A stretch of DNA of 63,744 nucleotides, filler included, from Eubacteriales bacterium (lineage in GTDB: Bacteria; Bacillota; Clostridia; Oscillospirales; CAG-382): NCBI GenBank assembly GCA_045636665.1. It is 4 parts of 4 records of this genome, joined end to end, with 100 filler letters (N's around TTAATTAATTAA, not from the genome) between each part and the next. Parts side by side here need not be neighbours in the genome. Positions count along the whole stretch, not along the records: positions 1 to 30,966 come from JAZTXY010000115.1; positions 31,067 to 56,489 come from JAZTXY010000117.1; 2 more parts are not named here. One strand, written 5' to 3'. Made by a program: the position numbers and the translations under genes. How positions within the stretch are numbered: position 1 is the stretch's first letter; each line of letters begins with the position of its first letter. The notes below the pieces were generated by a model. The model was given only the letters and a program-made list of their open reading frames with translations. It did not search any database and was not told the origin of the DNA. Of this stretch, positions 28,538 through 37,865 are shown in pieces.

Positions 28538-29072
28538 AACCCTTGAGGGATTAAATACACGCCCGACCACCGAAATGTGCAAGGAAGGCGTTTTTTCGGC
28601 AATTCAGTTTGAACTGCACGACAGAAACGTACTTGACCTGTTCGGCGGATGCGGTCAAATGGCGCTCGAAGCACTTTCCCGCGGGGCTGAACGCGCCGTT
28701 ATAGTCGATTCATCGCGTGCCGCTTGCGAGGTAATAAAGGAAAACGCGCAAAAGACCAAATTGATGAAGCAATGCCGTGTTGTTACCTCCGATTGGAAGG
28801 AATATTTAAGAGGCGCATCGGGCAGAGAAAAATTTGACCTCATTTTCCTCGATCCGCCCTATCAAGAAGGCGTTCTTGACGACGTACTTCACCGCTTGCA
28901 GTATTCCGAGGTTGTCGCAAAGGGCGCGATAATCATTTGCGAATCGGATAAGGACGGCATTCCCAACCCTGTCGAGGGCTGGCAGAGCAAGCTTTATCGC
29001 TATGGCAAGACCTATGTAACTATCGTTCGCGTACCCGAAGACGAGGAAACAACCGTATCCGAGGAGGCGTAA
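28497..29072 (+). CDS. rsmD: 16S rRNA m2G966 methyltransferase RsmD
   Basis: MRIITG.ARG, TRPT, LDLF, EALSRGA, DPPY. Confidence 0.93.
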   Translation: MRIITGTARGTKLKTLEGLNTRPTTEMCKEGVFSAIQFELHDRNVLDLFGGCGQMALEALSRGAERAVIVDSSRAACEVIKENAQKTKLMKQCRVVTSDWKEYLRGASGREKFDLIFLDPPYQEGVLDDVLHRLQYSEVVAKGAIIICESDKDGIPNPVEGWQSKLYRYGKTYVTIVRVPEDEETTVSEEA

Positions 29073-29076
29073 GATT

Positions 29077-29553
29077 ATGAGAACCGCGATAATTTCGGGC
29101 TCTTTCGACCCGATAACCGTCGGCCATATGGATATTATCGTTCGCGCAAGCAGACTTTTCGACAAGGTTGTTATTGCCATTTCGCCCAACAGCGAAAAGA
29201 AGGGCTTCCTTCCGTTTGACGTGCAGCTTGAAGCCGTAAGGGCGAGTATTAAGGATATAGAAAACGTGTCGGCAGTGCAAATTGAAGGACTTCTTGCCGA
29301 ATTTTGCAAAAGCTTTGAAAACCCGGTTATCGTGCGCGGCGCACGTACGGGAAGCGATTTTGATTACGAACGCAGTCTTTTCGTGATAAACAAGGGGCTT
29401 AGCGATATCGAAACTGTCATTCTCCCTGCCGAAAGCGGAATGGACCATATCAGCTCGACCTATGTGCGCGAGCTTATCAAATACCAAAAACCGATTGATG
29501 AAGTTGTTCCGAGCGGAGCAAAAAAAGTAATCGAGGAATATTTAAACAAATGA
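29077..29553 (+). CDS. coaD: Pantetheine-phosphate adenylyltransferase
   Basis: GSFDPITVGH, VRG.R..DF.YE, ISST.VRE. Confidence 0.95.
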   Translation: MRTAIISGSFDPITVGHMDIIVRASRLFDKVVIAISPNSEKKGFLPFDVQLEAVRASIKDIENVSAVQIEGLLAEFCKSFENPVIVRGARTGSDFDYERSLFVINKGLSDIETVILPAESGMDHISSTYVRELIKYQKPIDEVVPSGAKKVIEEYLNK

Positions 29554-30845
29554 AAAGTATAAGAATAAAAAAAGCCGACCTTCGCTTTGTGCGTGAGCCG
29601 TTGCTTGCGCCGTTTGGCTTCAAGGGTAAATATTTAACAGAGCTTTGGCAGACGGTTGTTTATATCGAAAGCGATAATTTTTCAGCCGCTTGTCCGGGCA
29701 CGATTTCGGTGCTTTGGTCGGATGCAAACGTTTTTGGCGACCATTCGCCCGAAAAGTCAAGCGCGCTTATGCGTGACGTAACCGCGCACGCGCTTGAAAT
29801 GATTAACGGCGAAAGCTTTGTATCGCCTATCGAGCTTATTAATTCCATTCTCCCCGAGCTTAAAAATTATGCCGACAAAATTTGCAACCGCAACGTTGCC
29901 GAAACCTTTGTCCTTAATTCGCTCGTCGGCTTGGATTATGCGCTTTGGTCGGTTTACGCGCTTGAAAACGGGATAACCGATTTCGACAATATCATTCCCG
30001 ACCACGCAAAAAACGCTCTTTCCTACCGCCACGAAAGATTGGCGCATATTCCCTTGGTAAGCTATGCCGTTGATGAAAATGGATTGAAAAATCTGCTCGA
30101 TTCGGGCACAGGCCTTTTGAAGATCAAAATAGGCAAGGCTTGTCAAGAGGGCTTGACTCATTCCGAGGATATGAAAACGATGCTCGAATGGGACAAGGAG
30201 CGCCTTACACAAATACATAATATCGCAAAGAACTATCAAACACCTCTTTCCAAGGATAGAAACATCCGTTACTATCTCGATGCAAACGGCAGATACGATA
30301 ATCTTGACCGTCTTGAAGCGTTGCTTTGCCACGCGGATAAGATAGGCGCGATTGACCGTATCGAGCTTATCGAAGAACCCTTCGCACCCGAAAACGAAGT
30401 TTTTGTCGGCAACCTTCCCGTAACCATAAATGCCGATGAATCGGCGCATTCGCTTGCCGACGTCGAAAAACGTCTTGCGCTTGGATATAAAGCCGTTGCG
30501 CTTAAGCCGATTGCAAAAACAATGTCGGTTTCCTTCGATATGGCGGCGGCGATTCACAAAGCAGGCGGACAATGCCTTTGTGCAGACCTTACCGTCGTTC
30601 CCTTGCTTGCCGAATGGAACAAGCAATTCGCATCGCGTATCGGCGCATTGAACGGAATGGCTTGCGGATGTATCGAAATCAACGGTAACCAAAACTACGT
30701 TAATTGGCAAGCGCTTTGCGGAATGCTTCCCAACGGTTTGGAATATAAGCCCGAAAAAGACGGTTGCTTTACTTTGGATAATCAAAGCTATCAAGACGGC
30801 GCAAAGCTGTTTAATGAAAATGGATACAGTAATCTTTTTAAATAA
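29550..30845 (+). CDS. Enolase-superfamily (mandelate racemase / Ala-Glu epimerase-like) enzyme
   Basis: KIKIG (KxK), metal ligands in DAN, EEP and ADES, distal LKP. Confidence 0.8.
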   Translation: MKSIRIKKADLRFVREPLLAPFGFKGKYLTELWQTVVYIESDNFSAACPGTISVLWSDANVFGDHSPEKSSALMRDVTAHALEMINGESFVSPIELINSILPELKNYADKICNRNVAETFVLNSLVGLDYALWSVYALENGITDFDNIIPDHAKNALSYRHERLAHIPLVSYAVDENGLKNLLDSGTGLLKIKIGKACQEGLTHSEDMKTMLEWDKERLTQIHNIAKNYQTPLSKDRNIRYYLDANGRYDNLDRLEALLCHADKIGAIDRIELIEEPFAPENEVFVGNLPVTINADESAHSLADVEKRLALGYKAVALKPIAKTMSVSFDMAAAIHKAGGQCLCADLTVVPLLAEWNKQFASRIGALNGMACGCIEINGNQNYVNWQALCGMLPNGLEYKPEKDGCFTLDNQSYQDGAKLFNENGYSNLFK

Positions 30846-30861
30846 AGAAAGGTAAAAGTTT

Positions 30862-30966
30862 ATGAAAATCGCTCTTCTTCTCGACCCCGGCACAAGAAAT
30901 ATGGTATTTAACCAAAAATGTCTTAAAAGACTTGAAAACAGCGGCGAGGTTGCAATAAACGAAGGC
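30862..30966 (+). CDS. N-terminus of a CDS truncated by the contig end (possibly a D-2-hydroxyacid dehydrogenase)
   Basis: RBS AGAAAGG, MKIALLLDPGTRNMVFNQKCLKRLE...; product guess is weak. Confidence 0.35.
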
Positions 30967-31066
30967 NNNNNNNNNNNNNNNNNNNNNNNNNNNNNNNNNN
31001 NNNNNNNNNNTTAATTAATTAANNNNNNNNNNNNNNNNNNNNNNNNNNNNNNNNNNNNNNNNNNNN
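30967..31066. other. Artificial contig linker
   Basis: N-run with central TTAATTAATTAA (stop codons in all six frames). Confidence 0.97.
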
Positions 31067-32291
31067 CCTTGGCTCACAGAACGCCATGGCTACGATCCGA
31101 CTTCGTGCTATCTATATCCCATTCGCGCAGGCTGTACCGAAGATCGCAACGATTGATGCAAACTACTGCACCATGCTCAAAAGCGGAAAATGCGGCGTAT
31201 GCGCCAAGGTCTGCACCGCCGGAGCGATCGACTATAACGCCAAGGACGAGTATATCGTGGAGAAATACGGCGCGATCGTTGTGGCAACCGGCTTCAACCC
31301 CATCAGCATGGACAAGTTTGACGAGTTTGCCTACAACCAGTCCAAAGACGTGATCACGTCGCTGGAATTTGAGCGTCTTACCAACGCCGCAGGTCCGACT
31401 GCCGGTCATCTGGAGCGCCCGTCCGACGGCAAATCTCCCAAGACCATCGTTTTTGTGCAGTGCGTCGGCTCCCGCTGTGACGCCTGTGCGGAAAAGGGCA
31501 AGGAATACTGCTCGAAGATCTGCTGTATGTACACCGCAAAGCACGCTATGCTTACCAGAGATAAATATCCCGACACCGACGTTACCGTTTTCTATATCGA
31601 CGTAAGAACTCCCGGTAAGAACTTCGATGAATTCTATCGCAGAGCGGTTGAAGAATACGGCGTACATTATATTAAAGGTATGGTTGGTAAGGTTATTCCC
31701 GACGGTGACAAGCTTATCGTTCAGGCGTCCGACCTTATTGCAGGCAAGCAATTGAAGCTCGATGCAGACCTCGTTGTTCTTGCCGCTGCAATCGAACCCG
31801 ACAAGTCGGCTCGTCCTTTGGCTACTATGCTTACCGCAAGTATGGACACCAACGACTTCTTTACCGAAGCACACCCCAAGCTTCGTCCCGTTGAAAGCCC
31901 GACCGCAGGCGTATTCCTTTCGGGCGCTTGCCAAGGACCTAAGGATATTCCCGAAACGGTTGCACAAGCAGGTGCGGCAGCTTCGAAGGTTATCGGCTTG
32001 CTCGCTAAAGACAAGCTCACCGGTAACCCCTGCGTTGCACATTCGAACGAAATGATGTGTAACGGATGCTCTACCTGTGAAAGAGTATGTCCTTACGGTG
32101 CGATCACCTATGAAGACAAAGAATTCCGTATGCCCGACAGAAGCACTCTTATTCGTAGAGTTGCGGCGGTTAACCCCGCAGTATGTCAAGGTTGCGGATG
32201 CTGTACAGTTGCTTGTCCTTCGGGCGCTATGGACCTTAAGGGATTCGCAAGCGAACAGATCATCGCGGAGGTTGATGCAATATGCAAGTAA
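31067..32291 (+). CDS. hdrA: Heterodisulfide reductase subunit A, C-terminal part (5'-truncated)
   Basis: AIYIPF.QAVP, VATG, TSLEFER, FVQCVGSR, YCSKICC, GACQGPKDIPE, C-terminal 2x[4Fe-4S]. Confidence 0.93.
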
Positions 32292-32716
32292 AAGAATATA
32301 AGCCCTTGATCGTGGCATTTTGCTGTAACTGGTGCTCTTATGCCGGTGCAGACCTTGCCGGAAACAACAGATTGAATTATCCTGCCGACGTTAAAATTAT
32401 TCGTGTTCCCTGCTCTTGCAGAGTTAACCCCACCTTTGTGCTTCGCGCATTCCAACGCGGCGCAGACGGCGTTATCCTTTGCGGATGTCACCCCGGTGAC
32501 TGCCACTATACCTCGGGTAACTATTACACCCGCCGTAGAATGGCATTGCTCTTCTCGATGCTCGATTACCTCGGTATCGAACGCGAAAGAACGAGAGTTG
32601 AATGGGTTTCGGCGGCAGAAGGCGCGAAATTTGCCGCTACTATGAACGATTTTGCCGAAAAGGTTGCAGCCCTCGGCGAAAACAAGAGATTGGAGGACCT
32701 CCGATGCAAAAAATAA
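32282..32716 (+). CDS. mvhD: MvhD/FlxD [2Fe-2S] subunit
   Basis: FCCNWCSYAGADLAG, RVPCSCRV, GCHPGDCHY, WVSAAEG. Confidence 0.93.
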   Translation: MQVKEYKPLIVAFCCNWCSYAGADLAGNNRLNYPADVKIIRVPCSCRVNPTFVLRAFQRGADGVILCGCHPGDCHYTSGNYYTRRRMALLFSMLDYLGIERERTRVEWVSAAEGAKFAATMNDFAEKVAALGENKRLEDLRCKK

Positions 32717-33690
32717 ATCGTAACGTTTTGGTCGAAAAGGCGGTATCTCTTCTCGAAAACGGCACAGTTTGCTGTGTTTTGGGTTGGAAAAAAGGCGAAT
32801 TTGACTATGATATCACCCCTGCGGTTTTCACAACCAAGGAAGATATTGAAGCAAACTTTGTTTTTGACGACTTTTGCGGCGCAAACTTCTCTAAATACTT
32901 AGTACAAAAAACCCGCAAGGCAGAAGGCAAAATTCTTGTTTTCCTCAAGTCCTGCGATACTTACAGCTTCAACCAATTGCTTACCGAACACCGTTTCGAC
33001 CGCGAAAAGGTTTATGCGGTTGGCATCCCTTGCGAGGGTATGGTTGACATTAACAAGATTAAGGCAATCAGCGGCGAAGGTATTTCCTCGGTTGATTGCG
33101 GCGAAAAGATCACCGTTAATACCATTTACGACGAAAAGTTCGAAATCAATGCAAGTGACGTTCTTTTGGAGCGTTGCATAAGCTGCAAGAGCAAATTGCA
33201 CGTTGCATACGACGAGCTTATCGGCGAAGAAGGCGAAGTTGTTGAAAGCAACAGATTCGATGAGGTTGCAAATCTTGAAGCGATGACTCCCGACGAAAGA
33301 TTTGCATTCTGGCAAAGCGAGCTTTCGAAGTGTATCCGTTGCAACGCTTGCCGCGACGTTTGCCCTGCATGTACTTGTGAAAAGTGCGTTTTCGATAACC
33401 CCAAATCGGGCGTTGAAAACAAAGCACCTGCAAACGAATTTGAAGAAAAAATGTTCCACATCATCCGCGCGTTCCACGTTGCGGGCAGATGTACCGACTG
33501 TGGCGAATGCTCGCGCGTTTGTCCTCAGCATATTCCGCTTCACCTTCTCAACCGTAAATTCATTAAGGATATCAATGAATTCTACGGCGATTATCAAGCA
33601 GGCGCAGAGGTTGGCTCGCGCGCACCGCTTGCAAACTACACTACCGGAGATATCGAACCCTCGGAAGTGTTTGATGGGAGGGGCGAATAA
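32704..33690 (+). CDS. [4Fe-4S] dicluster protein (FlxC-like)
   Basis: CIRCNACRDVCP.C.C, H.AGRCTDCGECSRVCP; ATG 32704 after GGAGG. Confidence 0.85.
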   Translation: MQKINRNVLVEKAVSLLENGTVCCVLGWKKGEFDYDITPAVFTTKEDIEANFVFDDFCGANFSKYLVQKTRKAEGKILVFLKSCDTYSFNQLLTEHRFDREKVYAVGIPCEGMVDINKIKAISGEGISSVDCGEKITVNTIYDEKFEINASDVLLERCISCKSKLHVAYDELIGEEGEVVESNRFDEVANLEAMTPDERFAFWQSELSKCIRCNACRDVCPACTCEKCVFDNPKSGVENKAPANEFEEKMFHIIRAFHVAGRCTDCGECSRVCPQHIPLHLLNRKFIKDINEFYGDYQAGAEVGSRAPLANYTTGDIEPSEVFDGRGE

Positions 33691-34706
33691 TGTTTAAGTG
33701 TTCTGTTAACGAAATTTATAACGTTTTTGCTAAGATCGCAAACCGTCAAAAGCTTTACGTCCCTGCCGACAACAAAGACGGCAACGCGGTTTACACCGAA
33801 TGGGCTGACGGTATCGAATTGAGCAACGCGCTTAACACCGCAAAGAGCCCTAAGGATTTCTTCTTCCCTCAGTTTGAAAACCTTATGGAATTCAAGGTTG
33901 AAGGCAAGAGCATCGAGGTTAACGACATTCGTGAGGCTTCCGAGGACTTCGTTGTTTTCGGCGTTCGCGCTTGCGACGTTAAGAGCTTTGAAATTCTCGA
34001 CAGAGTATTTCTTGTAGAGCCGTTCGACAGCTATTACGCTTCTCGCAGAGAGCACGGCGTAATTATCTCGATGGCTTGTACAAGACCTACCGAAACCTGC
34101 TTCTGCGCAACCTTCGGTATCGATTGCACAAATCCCGGCGGCGATATTGCCGTTTGGAAGACCGAAGACGCTTATTATTGGCAAGCAAACACCGAAAAGG
34201 GCGAAAAGCTCTTGAATTTGCTCGGCCTTGAAGAATGCAACGAAGATGCGGTCAACGCTCAAAAGGAAAATACCGCAAAGATTATGAGCAAGCTTCCCCT
34301 TGCAAAGCTCACAACCGATAGCTTTGGCGGCGGTAAGACTATGGAAATCTTCAACCGTCCCGAATGGAAGACTCTTTCGGAATCCTGCCTCGGTTGCGGC
34401 ACCTGCACCTTTGTTTGCCCGACCTGTCAATGCTATGACGTTAAGGATTACAACACCGGAAACGGTATTTTGAGATTCCGTTGCTGGGACTCCTGTATGT
34501 ATTCCGACTTCACCAAAATGGCGCACGGCAACAACCGTTTGAGCCAGGTTGAAAGATTCAGACAGAGATTTATGCACAAGCTCGTTTATTTCCCCGAAAA
34601 TAACGAAGGTATATTCGGATGCGTTGGCTGTGGCAGATGTCTTGCTAAATGCCCCATTTCGATGAATATTGTTAAAGTTATGAAGACTATCGGAGGTAAC
34701 GACTGA
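33690..34706 (+). CDS. [4Fe-4S] protein, AsrA/FlxB-like
   Basis: SPKDFFFP, GVRACD, CLGCGTCTFVCPTCQC, R.WDSC, CVGCGRC..CP. Confidence 0.88.
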   Translation: MFKCSVNEIYNVFAKIANRQKLYVPADNKDGNAVYTEWADGIELSNALNTAKSPKDFFFPQFENLMEFKVEGKSIEVNDIREASEDFVVFGVRACDVKSFEILDRVFLVEPFDSYYASRREHGVIISMACTRPTETCFCATFGIDCTNPGGDIAVWKTEDAYYWQANTEKGEKLLNLLGLEECNEDAVNAQKENTAKIMSKLPLAKLTTDSFGGGKTMEIFNRPEWKTLSESCLGCGTCTFVCPTCQCYDVKDYNTGNGILRFRCWDSCMYSDFTKMAHGNNRLSQVERFRQRFMHKLVYFPENNEGIFGCVGCGRCLAKCPISMNIVKVMKTIGGND

Positions 34707-35539
34707 TGAACATGATTAAAGAACCCTTGATTCCCACTGTCGGCGTTATTACCGACGTTCGTCTTGACACTCCCGATATTAAGACCTTCAGAGTTGTTAC
34801 TCCCGACGGAAAGAAGGCGTTTGACCACAGACCCGGTCAATGCGCTATGCTTTCTATCCCCGGTGTCGGCGAAGCGATGTTTTCCATCACTTCCTCGCCC
34901 ACAAACACCGAATATATGGAATTTTCCATTAAAAAGTGCGGATGTGTTACCGATTGGTTGCACCAAGCAGAGGTTGGTCAGAACATCACTATTCGCGGTC
35001 CGTACGGCAAGCCCTTCCCTGTAGATACCGAATTTGCAGGTAAGAATTTGTTGTTCATCGCAGGCGGTGTTGCGCTTGCTCCTCTTCGCTCGGTTATTAA
35101 CTACGTTCGTCACTATAAGGACAGATACGGCAAGATCGATATCGTTTACGGCGCAAGAAGTAAGGAAGACCTTCTTCAGTACCGCGAAATTATCGACGAA
35201 TGGTGCAAGGATGAAGGCGTAAACGTTTACCTCACCATCGACCGTGAACAGCCCGAATGGGACGGTCACGTTGGATTTGTTCCCAATTACGTTAAGGAAC
35301 TCGGATTTGATACCGATAAGACCGTTATTCTTTGCGGTCCTCCCATTATGATCAAGTTTACTCTTGCAGGACTTACCGAGCTCGGATTCAGCAAGGAACA
35401 GGTTTATACCACGCTCGAGCTTAAGATGAAGTGCGCTATCGGTAAATGCGGCAGATGTAACGTTGGCTCTAAATACGTTTGTAAGGACGGCCCCGTTTTC
35501 CGTCTTGACGAGCTTGACGAGCTTCCCAACGAATATTAA
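34706..35539 (+). CDS. FAD/NAD(P)-binding [2Fe-2S] oxidoreductase, AsrB/FlxA-like
   Basis: PGQ, RGPYG, AGGVALAPLRS, CGPPIM, MKCAIGKCGRC, CKDGPVF. Confidence 0.9.
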   Translation: MNMIKEPLIPTVGVITDVRLDTPDIKTFRVVTPDGKKAFDHRPGQCAMLSIPGVGEAMFSITSSPTNTEYMEFSIKKCGCVTDWLHQAEVGQNITIRGPYGKPFPVDTEFAGKNLLFIAGGVALAPLRSVINYVRHYKDRYGKIDIVYGARSKEDLLQYREIIDEWCKDEGVNVYLTIDREQPEWDGHVGFVPNYVKELGFDTDKTVILCGPPIMIKFTLAGLTELGFSKEQVYTTLELKMKCAIGKCGRCNVGSKYVCKDGPVFRLDELDELPNEY

Positions 35540-35557
35540 TTAAGGAGATATAGAACA

Positions 35558-36232
35558 ATGGCAAATATGGTAAATATTTTTCTGTTCGGTAAAAAGTACG
35601 AGGTTCCGGACAATTTGACTATAATGAACGCAATGGAATACGCAGGCTATCAGCTCGTTCGCGGATGCGGATGCCGTAACGGCTTTTGCGGTGCTTGCGC
35701 TACCATTTATCGCATCAAGGGCGACAAGGAATTGAAGGCTTGTCTTGCTTGCCAGACCAAGGTTGAAGACAATATGTACATCGCAACCCTTCCCTTCTTC
35801 CCCCTTGTAAAGCAGGTTTACGATATAAACAACGTACCTGTTACCGAAACCGTAATGATGCAGCTTTATCCCGAAATTTACGCTTGTATCGGCTGTAACG
35901 CTTGTACCAAGGCATGTACTCAGGAGCTTAACGTTATGCAGTACATCGCTTATGCACAGCGCGGCGATTTTGAAAAGTGCGCAGAAGAATCCTTTGACTG
36001 CGTAATGTGCGGCGTTTGTTCGTCGCGTTGCCCTGCAGGTATCTCGCATCCTCAGGTTGCTATGCTTGCACGCCGTATCAACGGTAAATACCTTGCTCCC
36101 GATTGCGGACATCTTAACGACCGTGTAAGAGAGATCAAGGACGGCACATTTAACGAGCTTATCGAAGCTTTGATGCAAAAGCCCATCGAAGAAATGAAAG
36201 AGCTCTATAACACCCGTGAGATCGAGAAGTAA
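35558..36232 (+). CDS. Fumarate reductase/succinate dehydrogenase-type iron-sulfur subunit (short)
   Basis: GCRNGFCGAC...LAC [2Fe-2S]; CIGCNACTKAC and CVMCGVCSSRCP. Confidence 0.82.
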   Translation: MANMVNIFLFGKKYEVPDNLTIMNAMEYAGYQLVRGCGCRNGFCGACATIYRIKGDKELKACLACQTKVEDNMYIATLPFFPLVKQVYDINNVPVTETVMMQLYPEIYACIGCNACTKACTQELNVMQYIAYAQRGDFEKCAEESFDCVMCGVCSSRCPAGISHPQVAMLARRINGKYLAPDCGHLNDRVREIKDGTFNELIEALMQKPIEEMKELYNTREIEK

Positions 36233-36246
36233 GGAGGATTTTAAAC

Positions 36247-37851
36247 ATGTATTCCGAAAAATTCCAAAAATCGATCGCTTTGGTTGAAGCGGCAAGAGAA
36301 AAGAATATTGCTCTTGAACCTGCGCGTATGACCGCACAACAGAAGACCGATCTTCTTGCAGAATACCATCCCGACTATAAGCAGGACGAATTTGAACTCC
36401 TTGCTATCGGCCCCAACAAGGGTGACAAGGTTCCCAAGGAGCTTGCCGCTACCCTTCAGGCGCACAGCAGAATCTGCCCCAATTGCGTAGACCTTGAAAA
36501 CCCCGATTACGACGTTGACGTTCTTGTTATCGGCGGCGGCGGCGCAGGCTCTTCTGCGGCTATCGAAGCACACGAAGCAGGCGCAAACGTTATGATCGTT
36601 ACCAAGCTTCGTATCGGTGACGCTAACACCATGATGGCAGAAGGCGGTATCCAAGCGGCTGATAAGCCCAACGACTCGCCCGCTATTCACTTTGTTGACG
36701 CATTCGGCGGCGGTCACTTTGCAGCTAAGCGCGAGCTTCTTCAAAAATTGGTTTGCGACGCTCCCGAAGCTATTAAATGGCTCAGCGAGCTCGGTGTTGA
36801 ATTCGATAAGACCGAAGACGGCACAATGGTTACCACCCACGGCGGCGGTACCTCGAGAAAGCGTATGCACGCGGCTAAGGACTACTCCGGCGCAGAAATT
36901 ATGAGAACTCTCCGTGACGAGGTTCTTAACAGAAACATTCCCGTTGTTGACTTTACCTCGGCTATCGAGCTTATCCTTGATGAAAACGGCAATGCGGCAG
37001 GCGCGGTTCTTCTTAACATGGAAACCAAAGAGCTTCTTGTTGCAAAGGCAAAGACCGTTATCATCGCTACCGGCGGCGCAGGCAGAATGCACTATCAAGG
37101 CTTCCCCACCTCCAACCACTACGGTGCTACCGCAGACGGCTTGGTTCTCGGTTACAGAGCAGGTGCAAAGCTTCTTTATGCTGAAACCCTTCAGTATCAC
37201 CCCACCGGTGCGGCTTATCCCGAACAGATCTTCGGCGCACTCGTTACCGAAAAGGTTCGTTCCTTGGGCGCAAAGCTTGTAAACGTAAACGGCGAAGTAT
37301 TTATGCATCCGCTTGAAACCAGAGACGTTTCTGCGGCATCCATCATCCGCGAATGCTCGACTCGCGGCAACGGTGTTGAAACCGACCAAGGTCTTGCAGT
37401 ATGGCTCGATACTCCTATGATCGAAGCTATCGGCGGCGAAGGTACTATTGAAAAGAGAATCCCCGCAATGATGAGAATGTTCGGCAAATACGGCATAGAT
37501 ATCCGTAAGGAACCGATTCTTGTTTACCCCACACTTCACTATCAAAACGGCGGTCTTGATATCACTCCCGACGGTATGACCACCAACGTTAAGAATCTTT
37601 TCGTTGCAGGCGAAGCTGTTGGCGGTATCCACGGTAAGAACCGTCTTATGGGCAACTCGCTTCTTGACATCATCGTATTCGGTAGAATCGCAGGCAAGAG
37701 CGCAGGCGCAGTTTGCAAGAACGTTACCGTTGGCAAGCTCAGTCTTGACCACGTTGCTAAATTCGAGAAGGAAATCGCTGATGCGGGTATCGTAACCGAT
37801 ACCGTATCGCCCAAGCTCCTCCCCGATTACACCAGAAAGGTTAACGGTTAA
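36247..37851 (+). CDS. Fumarate reductase-type flavoprotein subunit
   Basis: GGGGAG, AEGG, QYHPT, TE.VR, TRD, HYQNGG, HG.NRL.GNSL. Confidence 0.85.
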   Translation: MYSEKFQKSIALVEAAREKNIALEPARMTAQQKTDLLAEYHPDYKQDEFELLAIGPNKGDKVPKELAATLQAHSRICPNCVDLENPDYDVDVLVIGGGGAGSSAAIEAHEAGANVMIVTKLRIGDANTMMAEGGIQAADKPNDSPAIHFVDAFGGGHFAAKRELLQKLVCDAPEAIKWLSELGVEFDKTEDGTMVTTHGGGTSRKRMHAAKDYSGAEIMRTLRDEVLNRNIPVVDFTSAIELILDENGNAAGAVLLNMETKELLVAKAKTVIIATGGAGRMHYQGFPTSNHYGATADGLVLGYRAGAKLLYAETLQYHPTGAAYPEQIFGALVTEKVRSLGAKLVNVNGEVFMHPLETRDVSAASIIRECSTRGNGVETDQGLAVWLDTPMIEAIGGEGTIEKRIPAMMRMFGKYGIDIRKEPILVYPTLHYQNGGLDITPDGMTTNVKNLFVAGEAVGGIHGKNRLMGNSLLDIIVFGRIAGKSAGAVCKNVTVGKLSLDHVAKFEKEIADAGIVTDTVSPKLLPDYTRKVNG

Positions 37852-37865
37852 TTCGGAGGCAGTTT

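Noticed and set aside
30967..31066. TTAATTAATTAA palindrome embedded in N-runs (also 56490-56589 and 60664-60763)
   Set aside because: Identical 100-nt artificial scaffolding linker with six-frame stops; gene adjacency across it carries no information.
31067..31520. Start of the hdrA fragment has higher-GC codons and first residues unlike HdrA; ORF-track start at 31086
   Set aside because: It lies at a contig end and is more likely low-coverage or strain-mixed assembly than a real start or recombination event.
36241..37752. Long antisense ORFs (503 aa here; also 31074-32318, 4048-5112, 7333-8397, 9440-10522, 19043-20107, 29757-30893, 56600-57781, 57778-58908)
   Set aside because: Shadows of well-supported genes on the other strand, with no recognisable motifs or RBS; explained by biased codon usage.
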